Shown piece after piece: positions 54,074 through 62,925 of a stretch of DNA of 64,000 bases (its first letter is position 1; every line of letters begins with the position of its first letter). The stretch spans positions 276 through 64,275 of the forward strand of contig DAML01000026.1 in assembly GCA_002497075.1 (NCBI GenBank), written 5' to 3'. Below the pieces are notes generated by a model. That model did not search any database. It had not been told where the DNA came from and saw only the letters and a list, made by a program, of their open reading frames with translations. The translations under genes and the position numbers were made by a program. The DNA comes from Methanomassiliicoccaceae archaeon UBA472 (lineage in GTDB: Archaea; Thermoplasmatota; Thermoplasmata; Methanomassiliicoccales; UBA472).

Positions 54074-56217
54074 AGTTGTCCGAGGACCTATGCGCCTATG
54101 GACGGCTGGTTACCGCACAGAGGCTGGAGGCGCTCTTGGCCGAGGTCGAGGGAGTGCGGACCGGGGAGGACATCGAATACGTGCACCGGATGCGCGTGGC
54201 CTCCCGGCGCCTGCGCTCCGCGCTTCGCATATTCGAGGAATGCTTCAAAGGCAAGAAAGGAAAGAAGTGGAGAAGAGCGGTCAGACAGGTCACCACCTCG
54301 CTCGGCGAGGCGAGGGACCTGGACGTGCAGATGGACCTGCTCGGCTCTATCGGAAAAAGCTGGGAAGGGGAGGAGGCGGTCGGCCTAGCGCTCATTATCG
54401 AGATGCTCAGATGCCGACGCACGTCCCTGCAGCCGGACGTCGTTACGCTGATGGAATCCATCGTCGGCGACGGCGATCTCGCAGAGATGAGAACGGAACT
54501 TGCTGCTCCTACGGAGTGGAAAGGCGATCCGTCCGTCCTCTATCCATACGCCTATGCCCACGCCGCGGTGGCCGTCGAGGAGCTGATGGAGCATTCCCAT
54601 TCCGTCCCGGTCTATGAGGATTGGCAGGGGCACCACGCCCTGCGTATCGCCGGCAAGCATTTGCGTTATGCGCTCGAGGCTTTCCGGGACGCTTACCCAG
54701 ATGGGCTGGATGGCGAGCTGAAGGCCCTCAAGAAGCTGCAGGATACGGTTGGCGAGCTGCACGATTGCGACGTCTGGCTGCAGCGGTTGCCCGGTCTGCG
54801 CGAGGAAGCGCCCAGCGCGGTCAAGGCCATTGACCGCCTCCAGATCACGTTCGGGTCGAGAAGGAAAGAGCTGCACGCGAAGCTCGTGGAGCAATGGTTC
54901 GCTATTCTGCAGGAGCGCTTCCTTTTCCGGCTGCTTGACGATCTTAAAGGCCGTCCGTTAGTGGAGGCTTGCCCGGTCAAGGTGGCCCTGATCTCGGACG
55001 CGCACGGGAACGTTTCCGCCCTTCGAGCGGTGATGGAGCATGCCCGGGCGAACGGAGCGACGGCCTTCCTGAACGCCGGGGACGCGGTGGGTCTGCCTCA
55101 ACCTCTGGAAACGATCCATCTGCTGAGGGACAAGGACGTCCTGAACGTCTTCGGCAACATCGACAGGGCGGCGTTGAAGATCGCCTCGGGTAAAAAGATC
55201 AAGGACCGCCAGTGGGAGATGGCGACGGAAATGCTCGGGGAGAACGAAATGGAATGGTTAGGCTCATTACCGGACGAGCTGCGCCTGGACATCTGCGGCC
55301 GAACCGTGCTGGTCACCCACGCCTCCCCAGGACAGGAGGCGGAGAAACTGACCCCATCCACGCCTGAGACCAGGCTGCGCCATCTGGCCGAGGAGAGCGG
55401 GGCGGACGTGATCGTCACCGGGCATTCGCACGTTCCGATGGTCCGGGAGAGTGCTGGAACATTGTTCGTCAATCCGGGGAGCGTGGGACGCCCCCGCGAC
55501 GGAGCTGACGCTTCCTACGCCCTGCTGGACTTCCCGTCCATGAATGTCAAGCTCATCAGGGTTCCCTACGACGCAAGAGGCGTCGCCGACGAGATCCGGG
55601 CGCAGGGATTCAAGGACCTGCCCCAGGACGTTGAGAACGGGCGAACGGAGGACAAGGTCAAGGACGCCGCGGCCTGGGCGGAACAGTTCGGTATCGACCG
55701 TCCGCACGCTGAGCAGGTGAGGACGCTCGCGGCGCTGATATTCGATAACGCACGAGGGCTGCACCGTCTCGACCCCAAGGACCGCGAGCTCCTGGAAATG
55801 GCGGCCATGGTGCATGACGTTGGGCTAAACGAAGGAGCGGAGGGGCATCAGAGAAGGGCCCTGGACATCGTTATGAAGGCGGGTCTGCCCCTGGACGAAG
55901 TGGAGAAAAGGATGCTGGCCTGCATCGCCCGCTATCACGGCATGCGCTCTCCGCGCCGTGAAGACCGGGTGTTCAAGGGACTGACCCAATCGGAGCGGAA
56001 GAGGGTGACCAAGATCTCGGCCATCCTTGCATTGGCTGATGGCCTGGACCGCAGCCACTCCTCCCTGGTGGGAGGATTGGAAGTGATCGTGGGCAGAAAG
56101 GCCGTGAAGATCATGATCTCCGGACAGGGAGACCTTTCAACGGAAAAGGAATGGGGAACCCGAAAAGCTGTACAGTTCGCCCGTGCCTTCGGCCGGGAGG
56201 TGACCGTCAATGGTTGA
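54070..56217 (+). CDS. tri-domain protein: CHAD domain + calcineurin-like metallophosphoesterase (YfcE/MJ0936-like) + HD domain
   Basis: Residues 1 to about 300 are CHAD (VHRMRVASRRLRSALRIFEE, HALRIAGKHLRYALEAF). Residues about 305-530 are the phosphoesterase (VALISDAHGN, NAGDAVG, LVTHASPG, VTGHSHVP, NPGSVGRPRDG). Residues about 540-715 are the HD domain (AAMVHDVGL, IARYHG). The start overlaps the ppk stop. Confidence 0.8.
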   Translation: MKLSEDLCAYGRLVTAQRLEALLAEVEGVRTGEDIEYVHRMRVASRRLRSALRIFEECFKGKKGKKWRRAVRQVTTSLGEARDLDVQMDLLGSIGKSWEGEEAVGLALIIEMLRCRRTSLQPDVVTLMESIVGDGDLAEMRTELAAPTEWKGDPSVLYPYAYAHAAVAVEELMEHSHSVPVYEDWQGHHALRIAGKHLRYALEAFRDAYPDGLDGELKALKKLQDTVGELHDCDVWLQRLPGLREEAPSAVKAIDRLQITFGSRRKELHAKLVEQWFAILQERFLFRLLDDLKGRPLVEACPVKVALISDAHGNVSALRAVMEHARANGATAFLNAGDAVGLPQPLETIHLLRDKDVLNVFGNIDRAALKIASGKKIKDRQWEMATEMLGENEMEWLGSLPDELRLDICGRTVLVTHASPGQEAEKLTPSTPETRLRHLAEESGADVIVTGHSHVPMVRESAGTLFVNPGSVGRPRDGADASYALLDFPSMNVKLIRVPYDARGVADEIRAQGFKDLPQDVENGRTEDKVKDAAAWAEQFGIDRPHAEQVRTLAALIFDNARGLHRLDPKDRELLEMAAMVHDVGLNEGAEGHQRRALDIVMKAGLPLDEVEKRMLACIARYHGMRSPRREDRVFKGLTQSERKRVTKISAILALADGLDRSHSSLVGGLEVIVGRKAVKIMISGQGDLSTEKEWGTRKAVQFARAFGREVTVNG

Positions 56218-57769
56218 GCCGGAAAAAGGAAAGGTCGTGGCTTTCCTGGACGTCGGTACCAACTCCGTCCGGCTGCTGGTGGTGCGCATCAATCCCAACC
56301 GCTCTTACACGGTCATCAGCGAACAGAAGGAGATGGTGAGGCTGGGCGAACAGGAGTTCTCGGACGGACTGCTGCTGGAGAGCGCCATGGAACGGGCGGT
56401 GAGGGTGACAAAGAACTTCTGCGACCTTTCCAAAACGTACGGAGCGACGGAGTTCGTGGCCATGGCCACCTCGGCCACCCGGGAGGCGTCCAACCGCTCC
56501 GAGCTGGTCGAAAGAGTTAAGGAAGCCACCGGCCTGGAGCTGCAGATCATCTCGGGCATGGAGGAGGCCAGGCTGATCTATCTCGGCGTGTCGAGCGGGC
56601 ACCACATCGGCCGCAAGACCGCCCTGTTCCTGGACATCGGCGGGGGCAGCACCGAGCTGGCCCTGGGCGATCAGAACGAGTATTCCTATCTGGAAAGCCT
56701 GAAGGTGGGGGCCATCCGCCTCACCACCATGTTCGTGAAGAAGCCGGAGGCGCCGATCCCTGACGACGCCTTGGTCAAGATGCGCAAGTACGTGAAGAGC
56801 TCGCTGGTCCGGGCGAAGAAGGAGATAGTGCAGAGCAAGGTGTCCCTGGCCTTCGGCAGCTCCGGGACCGTGGTGAACCTTGGCGAGATATTGCTGCGCC
56901 AGGACAGCAGCTCGCGCCCCGGGGTGATCAGGTACTCGCAGCTGAGGAAACTGACACCCCAACTGGCGTCGCTGGACCTGGCCGCCCGGCGCAAGGTGCC
57001 CGGGATGAACCCGGAGAGGGCGGACATAATCGTGGCCGGGGCGATGGTCCTGGAAACGGTCATGGACGAGCTGAAGCTGAACGAGATCGCCGTAAGTCAG
57101 CGAAGTATGCGGGACGGGATGCTGCAGGACTATCTCGGCGGTCTGGAGGAGTTCCCGGGCTTCCGCGAGCTGTCCGTGCGCGAACGCAGCGTGATCCAAT
57201 TGGGGCGGGCCTGCTCGATAGATGAGGAGCACGCCCGGCGGGTGACGTCCATAGCATTGGAACTTTTCGACAGCGCCACGAAGAAGGGCCTGCACACTTT
57301 GGGCAAGAAGGAGCGGGAGATGCTGAACCACGCGGCCTTCCTGCACGACGTGGGCGATTTCATCTCCTTCAACGATCATCATCTGCACTCGCACTACATT
57401 ATCTGCCACGCCGAGCTGCTGGGATTCTCCAACCGCGAGGTGTTGCTCATCGCCAACATCGCCAAGTATCACCGCAAGCGCACGCCGAAGATGAGGGCGG
57501 CCGACCTGCGCGAACTGGATGAGAAGGACCAGCAGGTGCTGATCCGCCTATCGACGCTGCTGAGAATGGCCGAGAGCCTGGACCGTTCCCACTCCAATCT
57601 GGTGCAGAACGTGCGCTTCAGCAAGGTGACGAAACGCTCGGTCAAGCTGATAATCACCGCCAGCGGGGACCCCCAGCTGGAGATGTGGCGCATGGAAGAA
57701 GATCGAAAAGCATTCAAGAAGGCCTACGGAAAGGACCTCATGGTGGTATTGAACAACATCGAAGGCTGA
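56210..57769 (+). CDS. ppx: exopolyphosphatase / guanosine pentaphosphate phosphohydrolase family (Ppx/GppA) with C-terminal HD domain
   Basis: FLDVGTNSVRLLVV, DIGGGSTEL, and C-terminal HAAFLHDVG and IAKYHRK. The start overlaps the upstream stop by 8 nt. Confidence 0.92.
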   Translation: MVEPEKGKVVAFLDVGTNSVRLLVVRINPNRSYTVISEQKEMVRLGEQEFSDGLLLESAMERAVRVTKNFCDLSKTYGATEFVAMATSATREASNRSELVERVKEATGLELQIISGMEEARLIYLGVSSGHHIGRKTALFLDIGGGSTELALGDQNEYSYLESLKVGAIRLTTMFVKKPEAPIPDDALVKMRKYVKSSLVRAKKEIVQSKVSLAFGSSGTVVNLGEILLRQDSSSRPGVIRYSQLRKLTPQLASLDLAARRKVPGMNPERADIIVAGAMVLETVMDELKLNEIAVSQRSMRDGMLQDYLGGLEEFPGFRELSVRERSVIQLGRACSIDEEHARRVTSIALELFDSATKKGLHTLGKKEREMLNHAAFLHDVGDFISFNDHHLHSHYIICHAELLGFSNREVLLIANIAKYHRKRTPKMRAADLRELDEKDQQVLIRLSTLLRMAESLDRSHSNLVQNVRFSKVTKRSVKLIITASGDPQLEMWRMEEDRKAFKKAYGKDLMVVLNNIEG

Positions 57770-57810
57770 GAAAAGATAAAAGGAATGTAAGGGGTTTGAC
57801 TGGGTTGAAA

Positions 57811-57833
57811 GGAAGACCTTACTTGGTCTTCTT
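57811..57833. terminator. hairpin between convergent ppx and small ORF
   Basis: GAAGACC-ttactt-GGTCTTC followed by ttc. It overlaps the stop of the 57819 ORF. Confidence 0.3.
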
Positions 57834-58043
57834 CATTATCTTCATCCAGCCGCCACTCTCGAACACCGCGAGACCCCTCTTGGTGAGGGTCTTCTCGAAC
57901 TCCTCCCAGGATACGATCTCCAGCCTCGCGTTGTTGCCCTTTGTGAACTGAACTCCGTTGGTGCCCTTTACGCGCCCCGGCTTGAGACCCTTCTTCTTCG
58001 CGATGTCCTTGGCCTTGTCTAAGTTAATTTTCTCCATCACCAT
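57819..58043 (-). CDS. small basic hypothetical protein
   Basis: About 74 aa (MVMEKINLDKAKDIAKKKGLKPGRVKG...). GGAGG lies 7 nt upstream of the ATG at 58043. I recognise no family. Confidence 0.45.
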   Translation of the reverse strand: MVMEKINLDKAKDIAKKKGLKPGRVKGTNGVQFTKGNNARLEIVSWEEFEKTLTKRGLAVFESGGWMKIMKKTK

Positions 58044-58298
58044 GGAACGACCTCCGCGATAATCGACCATTCTGGCCTGTTATCCAGTAAGTAATGGAAA
58101 TATTCAATATATAATATTTATCGCATAAAGGACGTTGCCCAGCGCTTATTCCTCTTATATAGTATAGCCCGTTAACACCCCTTCGCACCCAGATTTTTAT
58201 CCCCCCGGACGCTATGCCGAAACGATGCTGGCCGGATGACTGGCTGTGTCTGGAATGGCAGGGATTAAATGCCTTAGCAGGGATTACCTGCGGATAAC

Positions 58299-59594
58299 AT
58301 GGGCCTCTTCGGTTCCTCCGGCATACGCGGTCTGATAGGAAAGGACATAGACGCCGAGCTTGGCGTACGCATCGGCAGGGCGGTGGGAAGTATTTCCGGA
58401 ACCGTCGTCGTCGGAAAGGACCCTAGGACCAGCGGGGACCTCTTGGTGAACGCCCTGATAGCCGGGCTCATCGAGGCCGGCGCGGAGCCGTACCGGGCGG
58501 GCATGGTGCCCACGCCGACGCTGGCCTGCGCGGCATCCCATTTCGATTGCGGCCTCATGGTCACCGCCTCCCACAACCCCCCGGAGTACAACGGGGTCAA
58601 GATGTGGAACCAGGACGGCAGCGCCTTCGACGGGGAGCAGACCGAGGAGGTGGAGAGGCTGATCGCCGAGGGCGGCAGGAAGGCCCCCTGGAACGAGATG
58701 TTCTCCGAACGACCGTGGGAAGGAGCCATCGACGAGCATATCCTGACCATCATGGAAGAGGTGGGACCGGTCGAGCGTTCTATAGTCCTCGATTGCGGGT
58801 GCGGGGCCACCGGCCCGATCAGCCCCCGTCTGTTCCAGGACCTGGGCTGCGATATCGTAGCATTGAACGCCAACCCGGACGGGCGCTTCCCCGGGCGGCC
58901 GTCGGAACCGTCCGAGGCGAACCTCGGAGACCTGATGTCTCTTTGCAGGTCCAAGGGCGTGGTGGGCATCGCCCATGACGGTGACGGGGACCGCATGGTG
59001 GCGGTGGACGAGGACGGCCGCTACGTGAGCGGAGATCGCCTTCTAGCGCTGTTCGCATCTCTCTTGCAGGTCAAGGACATGGCCGCCCCGGTGGACGCCT
59101 CCATGGTCCTGGACGACATAGTCGGAAGACCGATCGTGCGTACCAAGGTGGGGGACATGTTCGTGTCCGAAGCACTGAAGAAGAAGGGGTTACCGTTCGG
59201 CGGCGAGCCGTCCGGCACGTTCATCTTCCCCTCGGTCAACTATTGCCCGGACGGCATGCTGGCCGGCGCGTATCTGCTGAAGCTGCTGGGCGGTAGGCCG
59301 CTGAAGAACGTTGTCGGATCCCTGCCGGCCTATCCCTCGGTGCGGGACTCCTTCTCCTTCGACCCCTTGGTCCGTAAGAAGGTCCAGGACAGGCTGGCCG
59401 AGGAGATGTCCTCGATCGAGGGCGACCTGACCACCGTGGACGGTTTCCGAGTCGATCTGGGGCACGGCTGGATCCTGGTCCGCCTATCGGGAACGGAGCC
59501 CAAGGTGCGTTTGACGGCCGAGGCCCGCAACCAGAAGGACCTGGATGAGATCGCTGAACTGGCCAGGGCAAGGGTCCGCAAGGCCCTGTGCTGA
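58299..59594 (+). CDS. glmM: phosphoglucosamine mutase / phosphohexomutase
   Basis: Active-site motif MVTASHNPPEYNGVK, metal motif AHDGDGDRM and sugar-binding motif GGEPSG. Confidence 0.88.
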   Translation: MGLFGSSGIRGLIGKDIDAELGVRIGRAVGSISGTVVVGKDPRTSGDLLVNALIAGLIEAGAEPYRAGMVPTPTLACAASHFDCGLMVTASHNPPEYNGVKMWNQDGSAFDGEQTEEVERLIAEGGRKAPWNEMFSERPWEGAIDEHILTIMEEVGPVERSIVLDCGCGATGPISPRLFQDLGCDIVALNANPDGRFPGRPSEPSEANLGDLMSLCRSKGVVGIAHDGDGDRMVAVDEDGRYVSGDRLLALFASLLQVKDMAAPVDASMVLDDIVGRPIVRTKVGDMFVSEALKKKGLPFGGEPSGTFIFPSVNYCPDGMLAGAYLLKLLGGRPLKNVVGSLPAYPSVRDSFSFDPLVRKKVQDRLAEEMSSIEGDLTTVDGFRVDLGHGWILVRLSGTEPKVRLTAEARNQKDLDEIAELARARVRKALC

Positions 59595-59640
59595 GCAGGC
59601 ATTTAATAGCTGACAGCCATTTTCATTTTGAAGGGTCCAA

Positions 59641-60867
59641 ATGAAAGCGCTCATCCTGGCCGCCGGGGAAGGCACCCGCCTCAGACCGCTCACCAGCAAC
59701 ATTCCCAAGCCGCTGCTGACCGTGGCCGGAAGACCGTACCTTGCCCATTTAGTGCAGGCGCTTGGCGACGCGGGCATCAAGGAGCAGGTCATACTGGTGG
59801 GCTGGAAGGCCAACCGGGTCAAGGAGTTCTTTGGTGACGGAGGGCAGATGGGCGTGGAGCTCAGCTACCTGGAGCAGAAGGAGCGCCTGGGCACCGCCAA
59901 CGCCATAGGGGTTGCCGAAGGGGTCATGGACGGCGACTTCATCTGCGTGAACGGGGACGTGGTCATGGCCCCGGAGGCGGTGGCCGAGATGGTCTCGACG
60001 TTCCAGAAGGACCACACGCCGTTCATGGGCGCCGTCGAGGTCCCGGAGCCGCAGCGGTTCGGGGTCGTCCAGCACGAAAACGGGAAGCTGGTCAGGATAA
60101 TCGAGAAGCCGTCCAACCCTCCATCGAAGCTTATCAACGGGGGCTTCTTCGGTCTCACCACCGAGATTTTCGATCATATAAGGAAGACCGGGCGATCGCC
60201 ACGCGGGGAGTATGAGTTCACCGACACCCTGAACATGATGGCCTCGAACACGGAGGTTGCCGTCCGTAATATAAAGGGGGAGTGGATGGACGTCGGCTAC
60301 CCCTGGGAGCTGCTGCGTGCCAACGAGTTCCTCATGGGCCGCCTGAAGCGCGATATCCGAGGGACGGTGGAAGAGGGAGCGGTGCTCAAGGGTGAGGTCG
60401 TCGTCGAAGAGGGCGCCCTGATCAGGAGCGGGAGCTACATCGAAGGCCCAGCGTACATCTCCAAGGGCTGTGATATCGGGCCGAATTGCTACATCCGGCC
60501 CTCCACCAGTCTTGGTGAAGAGGTGCGTATCGGAAGCTCGGTGGAGGTCAAGAACTCCATAGTCATGAAGAGGGCGCACATCCCGCATCACAATTACGTC
60601 GGCGACAGCATTATCGGGGAAAGGTGCAACTTCGGCGCCGGGACCAAGGTGGCCAACCTGCGCTTCGACGATCGCACCGTTCGCGTTACGAACAAGGGGC
60701 AGATGCTGAGCAGCGGCCGGCGCAAGCTGGGAGTGGTGATGGGGGACGATGTCAAAACCGGCATCAACGCCATGATCGAGCCGGGAACGGTGATCTGGGA
60801 AGGCACCGTGGTGGGCATGGGCGCCCGGGCCCGCGGGAACATCGGGCCGAACAGCAAGGTGTTCTAA
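59641..60867 (+). CDS. bifunctional sugar-1-phosphate nucleotidylyltransferase / acetyltransferase (archaeal GlmU-type)
   Basis: N-terminal MKALILAAGEGTRLRPLT nucleotidyltransferase fold plus C-terminal left-handed beta-helix hexapeptide repeats. Confidence 0.85.
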   Translation: MKALILAAGEGTRLRPLTSNIPKPLLTVAGRPYLAHLVQALGDAGIKEQVILVGWKANRVKEFFGDGGQMGVELSYLEQKERLGTANAIGVAEGVMDGDFICVNGDVVMAPEAVAEMVSTFQKDHTPFMGAVEVPEPQRFGVVQHENGKLVRIIEKPSNPPSKLINGGFFGLTTEIFDHIRKTGRSPRGEYEFTDTLNMMASNTEVAVRNIKGEWMDVGYPWELLRANEFLMGRLKRDIRGTVEEGAVLKGEVVVEEGALIRSGSYIEGPAYISKGCDIGPNCYIRPSTSLGEEVRIGSSVEVKNSIVMKRAHIPHHNYVGDSIIGERCNFGAGTKVANLRFDDRTVRVTNKGQMLSSGRRKLGVVMGDDVKTGINAMIEPGTVIWEGTVVGMGARARGNIGPNSKVF

Positions 60868-61241
60868 AGCTCGACCACCGGCAGCTGCATGCGCCGTCCG
60901 CGTCCGTCGTAAGCGCGCCAGCTGCCCTCGTCGTACGGCAGGCACGTGATTATATGGATGTATCCGTAGCGGCGGAAAAGCTCCAGGTCCTCGCGGGAGG
61001 GCCGGTTGCTGTAGCCCGGGTGGGAGTGCACCGTGCCGACGACCGAGTAGTCTATGGGCATCATGTGCATCATCAGGGTGGCGGAGTCCTCGCCCTGCAG
61101 CGTGCCCGGCAGTAGCAGCAGCTCCTCGATGACGCCTTCCTCGGCCCGGAGCATGGCCACGAACTCGTTCGGCAGCGAATCGCGGGCGGCCTGGTTGATC
61201 ATTTCCAAGAGGCCGCGATCGATGCCACGGACCTTCAGCAT
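60864..61241 (-). CDS. stand-alone JAMM/MPN+ metalloprotease (archaeal JAMM1-type)
   Basis: 125 aa. NEFVAMLRAEEG (Glu context) and GTVHSHPGYSNRPSREDL (HxHx7Sx2D). Confidence 0.85.
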   Translation of the reverse strand: MLKVRGIDRGLLEMINQAARDSLPNEFVAMLRAEEGVIEELLLLPGTLQGEDSATLMMHMMPIDYSVVGTVHSHPGYSNRPSREDLELFRRYGYIHIITCLPYDEGSWRAYDGRGRRMQLPVVEL

Positions 61242-62053
61242 AGGGTCCCCATCAGCTTCTCTCTGGTCCGGGCGTAGAAGCCTTTTCCGAAGCTGACGAA
61301 GCGCGCCCGGTCCGGGGCGGCCTTGAACTCCACCGTCTCGTTACCGGCCATGAGCAGTTCCTGCTGGCCGTCCACGACCACAACGCACTCCTTGGGGCGT
61401 ACGACCTGCACGGTGATACGGCTGCTGGCCGGGACCACCACCGGGCGGGCGGAGAACTTGAACGGGGCCATTGGCGCGATGACGAGAGCTTCCACCCGCG
61501 GATCGATCAGCGGGGCGCCCAGGCTCATGGCGTAGCAGGTCGAGCCGGTGGGGGTGGCCACAACGATCCCGTCCGCCCTCACGTTCATGGCCATCTCCCC
61601 GTCCACGAACACCTGGAAGTGGCGGATCTTGGCCACATGGGCGGTGTGCAGCACCGCCTCGTTCATGGCGTCCAGCATGCGCTTCCCGCCCACGGTGGTC
61701 TGCAGCTTGATGCGCTCCTCCAGTTCGTAGTTGCCGTGGAGCACGTTATCGATGGCCTCCTCCAGCTCCTCCTCCGAGGCGACCGTGAGGAACCCCAGGT
61801 CACCGGCGTTTATGCCCAGTATCGGGGCCTTGTTGTGCTGCAATGCCCTGAGTATCGTCCCGTCGCCCCCGACGGTGACCATCATGTCCACTTCCATTTC
61901 CTCCAGGCGCAGGCCCTTGGTCTTGAACCGCTCGGCCATCTCCTTCTCCAGCAGCACCTCGTGCCCCTTGAGCAGGTCCAAGGTCCTCTTGGCCATGCGC
62001 GGGGCGTCGGGTATGTTCATGTTGACGCTCATCCCGAACCTCATAGCAGCCAC
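61235..62053 (-). CDS. nadK: NAD kinase
   Basis: MVTVGGDGTILRA (GGDG motif), INAGDLGFL and ATPTGSTCYAMSLGAP. Confidence 0.9.
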   Translation of the reverse strand: MAAMRFGMSVNMNIPDAPRMAKRTLDLLKGHEVLLEKEMAERFKTKGLRLEEMEVDMMVTVGGDGTILRALQHNKAPILGINAGDLGFLTVASEEELEEAIDNVLHGNYELEERIKLQTTVGGKRMLDAMNEAVLHTAHVAKIRHFQVFVDGEMAMNVRADGIVVATPTGSTCYAMSLGAPLIDPRVEALVIAPMAPFKFSARPVVVPASSRITVQVVRPKECVVVVDGQQELLMAGNETVEFKAAPDRARFVSFGKGFYARTREKLMGTLC

Positions 62054-62862
62054 CTCAGCAATGCCACGTCCCCCGCGGCCAGGCAGTTCGCCCGGACCTC
62101 CAGGTCCAGGCTCATGTCCAGTACGTTTCCCTCAAGATCGTAAAGCTCCCCGCCGGCTTCCCGCAGGATCAGGGTGCTGGCGGCGATGTCCACTACTCTC
62201 AGCGCTCTCCGGTACACCTCGGAATGCAGGTAGAAACCGTCGGCCAGTCCCGCCGCCACCAGGCACATTTCCAACGACGAGCAGCCCATGGAACGGGTGC
62301 GTCGGGCCTTGCGCAGCACGCCGTTGGCGGTGGCCGCAGAGAATTTTCCCAAGTACACGAACAGCACCGAACTTTCCAGATCGCATTTTCTGACGTGAAT
62401 GGGCTTGCCGTTCCAGGTCGCCCCTTTACCTTTTTCTGCATAGAACTGGTCCCCGGTCACCAGGTTCCGGACGATGCCGTGGGTGGCGTCGTTCATGCTT
62501 TTCGTGCAGACGGCCAGGGAGACGCTGTAGAACGGGATGCCCATCAGAGCGTTGTATGTTCCGTCCACCGGGTCCATGACCAGAGTGCGTTCGTAACCCC
62601 GGTCCACGAAACCCGCCTCCTCGCTCAGAACGTTCAACGGAACCTTCCTCTCGTCCATCAATCTCAGGAGCAGGTCCTCGGCGGCCTGGTCAATGCGGCA
62701 GGTTGGCGTTCCGTCGGCACCCATGCCCACCTCGGCGGCCCTCTCGCTGAACGCGCACTCCTGGTCGATGCTGCCGGCCACCGAGGCGGCCAGCCATTCC
62801 AAAGTTTCCCTCATCCCCCTGGATATTGGCGGAGGGTTATTCATAATTGCGCCAGTGAACAT
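62041..62862 (-). CDS. suhB: inositol monophosphatase / fructose-1,6-bisphosphatase family phosphatase (NADP phosphatase candidate)
   Basis: VLSEEAG, MDPVDGTYN and a late metal-binding region (GCSSLEMCLVAAG). The stop overlaps the nadK start by 13 nt. Confidence 0.85.
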   Translation of the reverse strand: MFTGAIMNNPPPISRGMRETLEWLAASVAGSIDQECAFSERAAEVGMGADGTPTCRIDQAAEDLLLRLMDERKVPLNVLSEEAGFVDRGYERTLVMDPVDGTYNALMGIPFYSVSLAVCTKSMNDATHGIVRNLVTGDQFYAEKGKGATWNGKPIHVRKCDLESSVLFVYLGKFSAATANGVLRKARRTRSMGCSSLEMCLVAAGLADGFYLHSEVYRRALRVVDIAASTLILREAGGELYDLEGNVLDMSLDLEVRANCLAAGDVALLRWLL

Positions 62863-62925
62863 TCATGGAAACGGTTTATACGGAACAAGCCGTTCCCTTT
62901 ACGCCCCACGTGGCAGAGGGATCGT

